Assembly (NCBI RefSeq): GCF_016433145.1
Contig: NC_058136.1
Span: 32,685,252 to 32,749,251, forward strand
Direction: 5' to 3'
Source: Gracilinanus agilis
Lineage: Eukaryota
Length of the DNA: 64,000 bases
Shown here: one piece after another, positions 49,617 through 60,606 of the stretch
Position numbering within the stretch: the first letter of the stretch is position 1
Layout: every line of letters begins with the position of its first letter
The notes under the pieces: model-generated
The model's database searches: none
What the model saw: only the letters and a program-made list of their open reading frames with translations
Told to the model about the DNA's origin: nothing
Position numbers and translations under genes: made by a program

Positions 49617-51110
49617 CACTATTTGACAAAAACAGCTGGGAAAATTGGAAAACAGTATGGCAAAAACTAGGTTTAGATCAGTATCCCACACCCTATATCA
49701 ATATAAGGTCAAATGGGTAAATGATTTAAACATAAAGAGTGATATTATAAGTAAATTAGGGGAAACATAGAATAGTTTACCTGTCAGATCTATGAAGAAG
49801 GGAAGAATTTATGATAAAAATTTTGATTATTTTAAATTAAAAAGGGTTTGTACAAACAAAAACAATACAGACAAGATTAGAGGGAAACAAGAAGATAGGG
49901 AAAAATTTTATACCAAATTTCCCTGATAAAGGTCTCATTTCTCAAATATATAAAGAACTAAGTCAAATTTATAAGAATCTAAGTCATTCTCCAATTGACA
50001 AATGGTCAAAGGATATGAATAGGAAGTTTTCAGATAAAGAAATTAATACTATCAATAATCTTATGAAAAAATGTTCTGAATCACTCTTGATTAGAGAAAT
50101 GCAAATTAAAACTTCTCTGAGGTACCACCTCACACCTATCAGATTGGTCAATATGGCAGGAAAGGAAAATGATAGATGTTAGAGAGAATGTGGCAAAATT
50201 GGGACACTCATGCATTGCTGGTAGAGTTGTGAAGTGATCCAACTACTCTGGAGAGCAATTTGGAATTATGGCCAAAGGGCTATAAAAGAATGCATACCCA
50301 GGCCTAGAGACAGGAGGTCCTAGGTTCAAACCCGGCCTCAGCCACTTCCCAGCTGTGTGACCCTGGGCAAGTCACTTGACCCCCATTGCCCACCCTTACC
50401 GCTCTTCCACCTATGAGACAATACACTGAAGTACAAGGGTTAAAAAAAAAAGAATGCATACCCTTTGATCCTTCAATACCACTACTAAGTCTGTATCCCA
50501 AAGAGATAAAAAATGGGAAAGGCCTGTTTGTACAGAAATATTTATAGCTGCTCTTTTTGTGGTGGCAAAATCTGGAAACTAATGAGATATCCTTCTATTA
50601 GGGAAAGGCTGAACAAATTGTAGTACATAATGGCAATGGAATACTCTTGTGCTATAAAGAATGATGAACAGGATGATTTCAGAAAGAGCTGGAAAGACCT
50701 CCATGAACTGATGCAGAGTGAAATAAGCCGAACCAGGAGAACATTATACACAATAACAGCAATATTGTGGAACGATCAATGTACTAATGTACTAAGAGCA
50801 ATGTGATGATTCAGGACAATTCTGAGGGACTTATGAAAAAGAATGTTCCACCTCCAGAGAAAGAACTATTGGAGTGGGAATGCAGATGAAAACGTATGAT
50901 TTATCTCTTGTTTATTTGAGTATATTATTTGGGGATTTGGGTTTTATAAGATTATTCACTTACAAAAAAATGAAGAATATGGAAATATGATAATACATGT
51001 TTAACTCAGATTGAATTGCTTCTCAGCTCTGGGAGGGAGGAGGGAGACAGTATGGATCCTATAACTTCAGAAAATTATGCGGAAATTTGTTATTAAAATA
51101 AAAAATATAT
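49617..51110 (+). mobile_element. 5'-truncated marsupial L1 (ORF2 3' part and 3' UTR)
   Basis: Homologous to the L1 at 8356 (ttttcagataaagaa...aggtaccacctcacaccta); A-rich tail; 12-bp TSD aattctattggg at 49605-49616 and 51111-51122. Confidence 0.95.
50300..50447 (+). mobile_element. 5'-truncated young SINE1_Mdo-type SINE nested in the L1
   Basis: Lacks the A box (starts aggcctagagacagg); 16-bp TSD aaaagaatgcataccc at 50284-50299 and 50448-50463. Confidence 0.95.
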
Positions 51111-54100
51111 AATTCTATTGGGAAGGATAATCATTTGTTAGTTCAAGTTAAACCTTATGGGTTGATGATGGTTAGATTAAAAGACCTGAACCTTGAGTTA
51201 ACACTGTTGTTCAATATTCTCAGGTACCACAGAGTATATTGGCCGGGTCTGGTTCCTTGTTTGGAAAATCAAATATCCCTGGCAAATTTTCTTGGCCTTT
51301 CTTAGCCACTGGTGGTCTTAGCCAAGCAGAGCCTCTTCCTCTGTTTGTTTTGACTGTACTCAGCCCAGTACCAGACACATAATAGCTTCTTAGTAAATGT
51401 TTGTTGAATCAGTCTCTTCAGAGAATTAGCCATAGGAAGAGAAATTGAAGTCATTCCTTAATGTGCTATTGTTTGAATGAGAACCTTTAGGTGGATACCC
51501 ATATGTGTGCCTGCCATTTCCCCTTTCACTCTCTCCTCTCCTCTCCTCCTAGAATTTCCTGGCCCCTGTCGGAATCCTGTTTCTGCCCAAACCAACTTCT
51601 CTTCCTAAGCTACAAGCAGTGGCGTTTCTTAAGGTGGATTCCTGATCAAAAGGCAAAAGGCTCTCAAACTCTGAAAGCTCCCTGGATCCAGTGGCAGAAT
51701 TGTTGATGAAAAGAGGACTGGGGTGGAGGGGGTAGCTAGCAATATACTTCCCAGGAGGGCTCTGCCCAAGATTCTAACATTCTGGGAGATCCTTCCATTG
51801 GTCCCCCTTTCCTCATTTTATTGAGGTTTCAGAGAGAGAATAGGAAGGCTATTTCTCTTCATGCCCACCTAGAGTTCCTTCCCCCTTCCCCTTGCATACA
51901 TTTGCCCCTGGCGCTTCCTGGCTTTGAGTCCCACATTCCCTTGGAATCCAGGTGGATCTTGTCTCCTGCAGGCTGCAGACACATCAGTATGCACAGGATG
52001 CATGACAATGGCATTTAACCAAATGAGGCTCTGACCCTCTATGATAAATGTGGAGGGAACGAAAAGGTCACATCCAGCCAGTCATGCAGGGCAGGTGACT
52101 GCTCATTTGGAGAAAGACCTTGAGATTGCAATGGGGAGAAGGTGCCCTAGGCTGATAGGTTTCACTGGAGAGAAGTGGGATGCCAAGGGACAGAGAGGAG
52201 GGGAAGAAATTGTCCCCAGTTTGGTCTCAAAGAGGGGAGCAGATAGCAGTGGCTGCAATGGAGACCCTGAGCCAGTCTGAAATCAGCATGGGAGGGATGG
52301 GAATCTAGGCAGGCTTTTTAGTCTTAGTGCATCATCCACTGAACGCCCCAGTTTTTCAGGGTTCCCTTCTGTCTCTACCAGTCTTTTATTCCTGTTGAAA
52401 TGTCTGGCTTCGACGATGGCCTCACTGGGGAAAAAGGAAAAGTCAGTTTTTCATCTGGGTGATCCCAAGGACCTGGAGGTTGAAGGGCAAGGGCAAGGAA
52501 TAAGAAGGCAAAGCCAGAACTCAGAGGCTGCATTCTGGGATGCCCCGGCTAAAGAACATGCAAACTAACCGTTTAAGGGCAATGAAGCAAAATGAGCGGT
52601 CCCAGCGGGGAGGCTTCCTTTGGGGGCTACCTTGGTGACAAATGCCTGAGTCAGGAGGTTCAGTGTATTGAGAACCAGCACACGGGCTGGAAGAGCTGTG
52701 GAGAAGTTGAGGCTTTGGCAACCTGGGACAGCAGCATTTCTTGGAGTCATCCTGCTCATCCATCTGATGGAGCCGTCTCCACAGGAATCCTCCCCAGATG
52801 TCAACAGGACCCTTAGTTTCCGGCTTCGTGTCTTTGCAGAGAGTCTGAGTAGGAGTTGCTGGCTAGAGAGAAGGTTGAGCCTTCAGGAAGTTGGTACAGC
52901 AAACAGCACTTAGTCTAGACTTGGCTAGCTGGTTGCCCACTCCATGGCTGACTCCTCAAAGGTACAACCCTCTGCCCCCTCAGCTTCTGGCTTCTTGTCT
53001 TGGTGGGCAGTTGGAGTTGGCAGGGATGGGCTAGACTAGGAACTGGAGAAGGTGGAAGCATCAGCAACCTGAGACAGAACTTTGGGGAGCCCTGTCCATC
53101 TAGCTAGTTGACCTCGCCACAAGAAAAGCTCTTCAAGTTACACAAGCTCCCTTGGTTTCTGGCTTCTTGTTTTTACAGAGAGTCTGATTGATGAGGGATG
53201 GGTCATGGGCATTTTGGAGTTGGCTTTAGTAGTTCCGAGACAGAAGCACCTTTCAGAGTCTTTCTAGTCCATCTGATTGCCACCATCCCACCCCAAGCTT
53301 CTGGCTCCTTATCAGAGTTTCATTTTTGAATTTCTTTTGAGTTGGGAGGGTGTCTTTCCCTTGGTGGTTTTCTTGGTTTTGTTTTCCTCAAATACTCGAT
53401 TGTCTTTCTGAAGAATTCGTAAGGAGAGAATTCAGAAAGGAAAAAAAAAGAATTTGCCGAAGCCAACAGAGCAGGACAAATCAGTGCCTCCAGGCAGGTG
53501 CAGGGCAACAGAGAAAGGATTTTACCACTGCTTTCAGGGAGAGGAGTCTTCCTAGGAGGACACAGTGCACTTCTTGTGGACCTGGAGAAGGGCAGAGGAC
53601 AACCAGGCAGGGCCAGTCACTTCTCTCCATCCGGACCATACTTAGGGCAGTCAGCGTGGGATGGTATTGTCAGGAAAACAAGTGGGCATGGCCAGGACCC
53701 TAGGAGTTGGTGATATCCAACTTGGTGGACCTGTTTTTCCGACAATCTTATCCCCTGATTCCACAATCTAGGAGCTCTCGTAGACTACAGCATCCTTTGT
53801 GGCATGAAGGAGGCTTAATAAGAAGGAACATGAGATGGGAATCTAGCTGTTATTCACCTCCTTCATGGAGTCCCAGTTAAATACACCCATGAAGCTGATG
53901 AGTCTGGCCTAGGTCACCAAGTGCTGCCTCATCACCTTGGAGTACCAAGCAGCCAAAGTACTTTATGGTGAATAGCTGGAGAATGGGTATGGGCAGGGAA
54001 CTCGTAGATGTATGTACATTGTAGGATGTTAGCATGGAATTATGGGTATCCACACACTGGCTTTCTTTTGAGGATTGGCAGGGCAGAGAGGAGCGGGCAG

Positions 54101-54186
54101 GATGGGGAAGCTGGTGGATCAACAGACTGGTAGCAGCAAAGGGTGCTGATGGAGGGCAGAGTCCCAATGTTAGAGGCATGTGTTTC

Positions 54187-54192
54187 TTTATT
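54187..54192 (-). terminator. Candidate proximal poly(A) signal AATAAA of GABRA3
   Basis: tttatt on the plus strand about 160 nt past the stop codon. Use is unproven; other AATAAA hexamers lie further downstream (e.g. ~52385, ~51817). Confidence 0.3.
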
Positions 54193-54353
54193 GACGTTTT
54201 TTGAAGTTGACAGCCTGAAGTGAGCCAAATGAAAGAATCACAACTGGCTGATGGTTCTAAAGCAAAGCCTTTATGTTCTGAAGGAAATGAGAGCAGACCC
54301 ATGGGCAATGTCTCCTGGAATGCTTCTTGGCAATGAAGTGTGGAGCTGCGGCT

Positions 54354-54692
54354 TTACTGTTTCCGGATCATGCCCTTGATGGCTGACTCCCGGTTGACAT
54401 ACGTGGCCCAGTAGACCAGATTAAAGATGGCAAAGAGCACAGGAAAGATGATGCGGGAGATCTTGTCTACCTTGCTGACACTGTTGTAGGTCTTCTTGGT
54501 TTCAGGGGGACTCTCCACGACATGGGGCGTCTTGGGTGGGGAGACAGCTGCCCCTGACGCGGTAGCACTGGCTGCAGCACTCTTGGAGATGGTGGAGAGG
54601 CCAGGGTCCTTGGCAATGTTGAGAGCATAGGTGGTCCCCACGATGTTGTAGGTGTTGTTTGCTTTCTTGGCCAAGGTCATCGGCTCTTTTTT
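54354..54692 (-). CDS. GABRA3: GABA-A receptor alpha-3 subunit, final coding exon (end of M3-M4 loop, TM4, C-terminus)
   Basis: Translates [38 protein letters not shown]...[45 protein letters not shown]. The C-terminus [12 protein letters not shown] is alpha-3 specific as I recall it. Pyrimidine-rich acceptor ...ccccctcctatag at 54693-54740, phase 0, TAA at 54354-54356. Confidence 0.97.
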   Translation of the reverse strand, partial: KKEPMTLAKKANNTYNIVGTTYALNIAKDPGLSTISKSAAASATASGAAVSPPKTPHVVESPPETKKTYNSVSKVDKISRIIFPVLFAIFNLVYWATYVNRESAIKGMIRKQ

Positions 54693-57111
54693 CTATAGGA
54701 GGGGGTGGGTGGGTAGGAAAACAGGGAAGGGGGAACAAAACAAAGACTGATTATTTCCCTTGTACAAACCATTTTGGAGGGCCAGGGAAAGAAGGGGGAG
54801 GTAGGACGCTGAAGTCATGGAGCCATTGGTAGTGAGTGGCCAGGGTTACAGTTGGGGATGATGACCCATGATAGAGAGCGATGTATTGATACCAAATGCA
54901 ATGTCACCCAGGAGTCAAGGCCCTTTGGATTGTACAGTAGGCTGGGATTAGAGAAATGAGGACAAACTTGAGTTTGGAAAAGCTCTCTACCTTAAATGGA
55001 GGTACAGGCCTCTATTTTTAAGGAGGCAGAAACCAAAGCCCAGAGGGGAGGACTTTGCCCAAGGCCTCACGGGTAGCAAGTGGCAGAGTCAGTATCTGAA
55101 CCAAGTTCTTATAGGTTTGGGTTTCCAAATCTAGTGGTTTTCCAGGTTTCTATGTTTAAGGTCTAATGAACATGATGTAGTGAAAAGAATAAAAAGGACC
55201 TGGATTGAGTTCTCATTTGACCACTTAGAAGTCATGTGAGCAAGTTTCTCTCTAGGCCTCAGTTTACTCAGCTATAAAATGGGGGTGATGCTGTTTGGGC
55301 TATTTAATGCACATTTCCCACATGTTACTCATCTCTATTGTATGTATGCACTACCCTCAGGCAGAATGAGTACTGCAGGTTAGGTGGAAGGAGAATCCTG
55401 TTTCTCCTGGCCAGCAAAACATTGTTGCCATGACCCATACAAGGTGGCTGGGGCAGCTGACTGGGAGGCAGTAGGAAAAGGAAAGGATGAGAGCTCAGGG
55501 CTATCTGGGAGGAAGACCCAGGCACTTGCCCTCAGCTCAGGAGCAGGGACAGGAAGGGAGGGGCAGCAGCGAAGTGAGGAGGAAGCTACTGGGTCCATGG
55601 ATTCATTGTTTTTCATGTCATGGAGTTGTCCGGGGCGATGGTCCTGGAAAACAAAGAGGATGAAAGCATGCTGGAAAGCAATCATGGACAAATATGGAGT
55701 GACCTTCCTGGGCGATTGACAGTCTGGTGAAGCAGGAGGGGCTTACTCTGCTCCAAGAATGACCCACCTTTCCCCAGGCTCCTGGCCCACAAGGAAATAC
55801 TGGTAGGTGACTTCTTGAAAAGCTACCACTGATGCTACCCATGAATCGCTCTGAGACTGAGCCCTCATAGGAAAAGAGAGCAGCACTGTCACACACAACA
55901 ACTGGGAAAGGAAGTCCAAGTTATCTCCAGGAGCCCAGAATCCATAGGTTTTGGAGTTCCCATAGTTGACTAAGGTCATACCTCAGCAGATACACAATTC
56001 TACTGAGATCAAACAGTGCCAGGTTAGAGGAACAGGCTTGACTTCTCTGATGAGTCTGGCAAAGTGAAAAAGCAAAGGGACACATTTCTCCTGTGGCATC
56101 AGATCCTGATGACTGCACTTGGTGGAAGTAAGGCTATGCAGAGCTAGTTTGGCTAAAGGACATTATGTCGGGGTTCTCCCTTTGCTCCTTGCCTGCTCTC
56201 TCAAGAACTAAACAATCCCACACTGGTCAAAGGACCAGGTGCCAGGGAGGAGTGAACGTGGAGGTTCTCTGAGGAGTCCATAAGCTATACGCAGGCCCTT
56301 CTACATCATTAGGTATGTAATAGAGGCTGGCCACATGAACAAATGAATGAATGAATGAATGAACAAATGAATCAAGTGCAAGTTGTTCTTTCAGAGTTGT
56401 GAGGTGGTGAGTGTTTAGGCTACTTTCCATGGCAGATTTGGGATTTCAGTGAACCACTAACATGTTCTCACAATGACTGCTACTGACCCAGCCCTAATTC
56501 AGTAAGATTTCTATGTGTGGTTGAAAACAGGTTGAGGAGAATGTTCCTTCTACGTTTGAAAAATTCTGAGCAGGCAACTAGAATGAAGACAGCATTGTGT
56601 TTGGTGCTACAATCAAATATAACTCACGGCAAAGTCAATACCATCATCTCATTGGTAGAAGGGCCCTAAAAGGCCATCTGCCTTTTAGGGTACCTCAAAC
56701 AAGCATCCCCTCTGTATCATTTCTGATAGGTGGGCGTCCCACAGCAGTTCAAGTAAGCGGGAACCCCCTACCTCCAGAGGCAGCCTATTCTACTTTGGGG
56801 CAGTGCTCATTATTAGCAAGCTTTTCCTGACATCCTTCTTTGCCTTTCTTTGCAGGGCATCCATGGCTCCTCTGGGGCCAACCAAAATGGCTCTATTCCT
56901 CTTCTGCATAAGAAAATCCCTCAAATGTTCCAAGACACCCGTCCTTTTCCCCATTCTCCATCTCCTCTTGCCAAGTCTTTTCTTTTCCGGGCTAAACATT
57001 TAATGCTATGCCTGGTAGATACTGTGTGCCAGGGAGCCAAACTTAAATGACTGGGATTCATATTACGTTTACACAGTTATACAAAAGTTTTTACAGTTTT
57101 GGTCATTTCTT

Positions 57112-57116
57112 CTCTA

Positions 57117-57154
<38 letters not shown>

Positions 57155-57215
57155 CCTTTCTCTCCCTCTCTCTGCCTCTCTCCCTCTCTCCATCCGTCTG
57201 TCTGTCTGTCCCTTC
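57112..57215. repeat. CT/CTGT-rich simple repeat
   Basis: Direct reading of (CT)n, (CTGT)n and (CTCC)n tracts. Confidence 0.9.
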
Positions 57216-57924
57216 TCCCCCCACCACTGGAGAGGGCAAAGGAGTTAGATTCTGACACTCGGGTGATCAGCTGTGTGCTCATGGGCAAATTGCTCTGAGC
57301 TTCAGTTTCCTCATTTGTAAACTGGAGGTGAGAGTACCTAGGGAACCCACCTTTCCCAATTGTTTTGAAATATATATATAAAACCCCAAATAAGCCTCAA
57401 AGGGCGTCACCAGCTGTTACTAGTTCTATTTTCTGCTGTCTGTATCTTGCGTTCTTGTTGGTAGTTTCTTATGATCCAGAGCAAACACGTACGGTTTCAT
57501 CCTTTTACAGCCACAGACACTAGTCCTCCTTAAAAGTCAATAGCCAGCTTTATCTATGCCCTCATCCTGGGCTCCAGGTATTGGGCCCCAGATGGAAAAA
57601 TCCACATCTGGCTTCTTCAGAGGACATTTGGAGCAGTTCCTGAAACTCATTTCCTAGCAGTCTCAGCCAGGCTACCTGGTCTCTGAAACTCACTCTCATC
57701 AATATGTGATACCTCTCGGGTCTTAGAGGAAGTTAGGGGAGTATCGGCCAGGTCAGATTCCTGCTTCCCCAGGCACTGTCCCCAAAGCCCTGATCTCCCA
57801 AGTCAAAGGCTAATCGGCAGCATGGTCTGGGACCCTCCCCTCGTTTGGAGGAGGTAGTGTGAACTAGATTCGATTCCAACACCACGTCCCTCGTGTATAT
57901 TAAGGTGTTATGACTCTCTGGTGG

Positions 57925-58175
57925 TGCTATTCACTTGTTTCAGTCTTGTCTGACTCTTTGCGACTCAATGTGGGGTTTTCTTGGCAAAGATACTAGAGTG
58001 GTTTGCCATTCCTTCTCTAGCTCGTTTTACAGATGAGTAAACTAAGACAAATAGGGTTAAGTGACTTGTCCAGAGTCCTATAGCTAGTAAGTGACTGAGG
58101 CTGGAATTGAACTCATGAAAATGAGTCTTCCTGACTCCAGGCCCAATACTCTATCCACTGTGCCACCTAACTGCT
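57925..58175 (-). mobile_element. MAR1 SINE
   Basis: Same reverse tail (ggggttttcttggcaaagatactagagtggtttgccatt) and CORE as the copy at 41297. Confidence 0.9.
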
Positions 58176-59229
58176 TGATACCAAAAAATGACTATATAAC
58201 AAAATGAAGTTTCTTGGTCTTTTGGCAAAAGCTTGGCGCTTTAGGGAGAAACGAAATCATTCCTAAGTTTGGTAACTCTACCTTCCCCCAAGAAAGATGA
58301 CTTCTTGTATGCTGTAGTTAAAAAGTGCTAGGCTGGAAACCAGGACAATTTCAGCTCTGAAGCCTTTGTTTCCCCATGTGTAAAATTGGAGTGAGGGTGG
58401 CCTGGATGATCTCTAAGGTTCCGTCCAACTCTAATGTTCCATGATTCTGTTAGAGTGTCCCTAAGTTCCAGTGATGGCACATTTCTGAGTCCATCGTGAT
58501 CAGGTTTGACTAGAGAAGACAATTCCATGACTAGGGTGGTCCCAGGCTCAATGGACACATCATTCTCAATCTCAGCTGATGTCCCTGTCTTCTCTCCCCT
58601 CCCTTCACTCAGGGCTCCAAGCCTTTGGAAATAATGACTTTTGCTAAGACCCTGTGAGGGGGGAGAAATGTGAGGAGGATTGGTAGGGCTGGTCTGGGAC
58701 AGATAGGTTGCCAGTATCCTGGCCTCACTACCCTCTGAGTAGCAGAGGAAGAGGGAGGTGGAAGGAGCTGAAGACAAAGCCAATGCCAAACAAAGGCAAT
58801 CCATTTCCCCTTCCCTAGGGGGATCTGATTTCTGAAAGTGTAAATGGCATCACTTGGGATGTTTGGGAGTTTGCTGAGTTGTGAACATGACAAATAAGCA
58901 GCACTGAGCTTTCAGGGGATCATCACCAAAGGTCTTGCAAATACCAGTATATGGGATGCTTCTTTCACTAGAAGAAAAGAGCTAAGTGGCCAACTACACC
59001 CTCTGGGAGAGCAGTAGAAATGCCGAGAGGTAGAATAATGTGTCATTGGAACAACAGAGAGTCTAGAACGATTCTGAGATGTTAGCCCATCTCCTTTGTG
59101 GGCCCTGATATCTGCTGCCTCCTTGGGGTCATTGTCAAAGCTCATGTCTTCCACCCCAAGAGAGGACTCACTGTGCCTCTCTGAATCATCCAGCACAGCC
59201 CACATCTGGGAAGAATATTCTCTGGAGCA

Positions 59230-59480
59230 CCCAACACGTAGGCATTCAGTCTCTGCCTGAAGACCTATAGTCTTCAGTGAGCTCCTCAGTACCTTCCAAG
59301 GCAGCTCATTCCCACTGTGAGTGGCTCTTACTGTTAGGAAGTTGTTGGGTTTGAAGACGGCCAGCCTATACCCAATCCCAACTCTGACCCAGAATTCTTC
59401 TCTACTCCAACTTAACATTCCCAGTTCCATATATCTAGGGCTGGAAGGGACATCAGAAATGATCTGATCCACCCTCTTAC
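59230..59480 (-). mobile_element. L3/CR1 3' fragment with MIR-like end
   Basis: cttccaaggcagctcattcccactgtgagtggctcttactgttaggaagtt resembles the reverse L3 3' end. Confidence 0.6.
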
Positions 59481-60144
59481 AGATGAAGAAACTGGGTGCC
59501 AGGGAGATGAAATGGCTGGTATATGATTTCACAGGTAATACGTGGCCAAGGCAGGACTCACACCCAGAACTTCTGTCTCAGGGCCACCTATTACAGCTGA
59601 TCACATCGACTCCCTTGGATGCCATGGCTTCCTGACTCCTAAACAATGTCCAAATATCATCCCTCTCAGGACGTCCCTTTATTTTTGCAGCAAGGTATTT
59701 GTTCATTTTTCTTTAAAGAAGGAAGTGAGGCATAACGTCTCTGGGAGGAGCCTGTACCAAAAATCATTGACATTTTCATGGTCTTTGAAGTTGGCAAAGC
59801 ACTTTCCAGATGATATCTCCTTTGAACATTCTTGCAAGCTAGGGAATGTAGCTACCATTATCTCCATTTGGAGGATGAGAGTGGGTCAGTGATTTGCCCA
59901 GGATCTCATAGCTAGAAGACGAAAGGGGAGAGATTTGATCCTCGTAATCTATGGCCTTTGAAGACATTGAAATGGGATCCAGCAAAGCAGCTAGGTAACT
60001 TTGCCCAGAGTGAAGGACTTGAAATCAGGAGGACTTGAGCTGCCTCAGACACTCACTAGTTGTGTGACCCTGGGCAAGTCACTGAACCTCTGTCTCTCTC
60101 GGTTTTCTCATCGGTAAAATGGGGACGATAATGTAATCTCTCTT

Positions 60145-60606
60145 CCTGGATCACTGCCTTGTGGTGGAGGGCCTTGTGTAGCTCAGTGAAACGATGAGCT
60201 ATGCTGTGCAGGCTTACCCCAGACAGACTGGTCATAGTGGAAAGATCTGACAAAAGGTGACCCACTGGGGAGGGAAACGGCACACTCCTGTGGTATCTTT
60301 GCCAAGAAAACCTCATGGACAGTATTAAAGTGCAAAAAGATATGACCGGGGGGGGGGTAGCTGGGTGGCTCAGTGGATTGAGAACCAGGCCCAGAGACGG
60401 GAGGTTCCTGGGTTCCGATCTGGCCTCAGACACTTCCCAGCTGTGTGACCCTGGAAAAGTCACTTAACCCCCATTGCCTACCCTTACCGCTCTTCTGCCT
60501 TGGAACCAACACACAGTATTGATTCCAAGACGGAAGGTGAGGGTTTAAAAAAAAAGATATGACCCAGGAAGATGAGGCCCTCAGGTCAGAAGGGCCCAGC
60601 ATGCCC
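60145..60606 (+). mobile_element. BovB/RTE-type LINE 5' fragment, split by a SINE
   Basis: ggatcactgccttgtggtggagggccttgtgtagctcagtgaa...gtcatagtggaaagatctgacaaaaggtgacccactgg...caaaaagatatgacc...gaagatgaggccctcaggtcagaagg matches my recollection of the BovB-like 5' region. Confidence 0.75.
60348..60550 (+). mobile_element. Full-length SINE1_Mdo-type SINE
   Basis: A and B boxes, CORE, tail; 14-bp TSD aaaaagatatgacc at 60334-60347 and 60551-60564. Confidence 0.95.

Noticed and set aside
58912-59532. 206-aa minus-strand ORF in the GABRA3 intron
   Set aside because: Reads through MIR and L3 remnants; not GABA-receptor-like.
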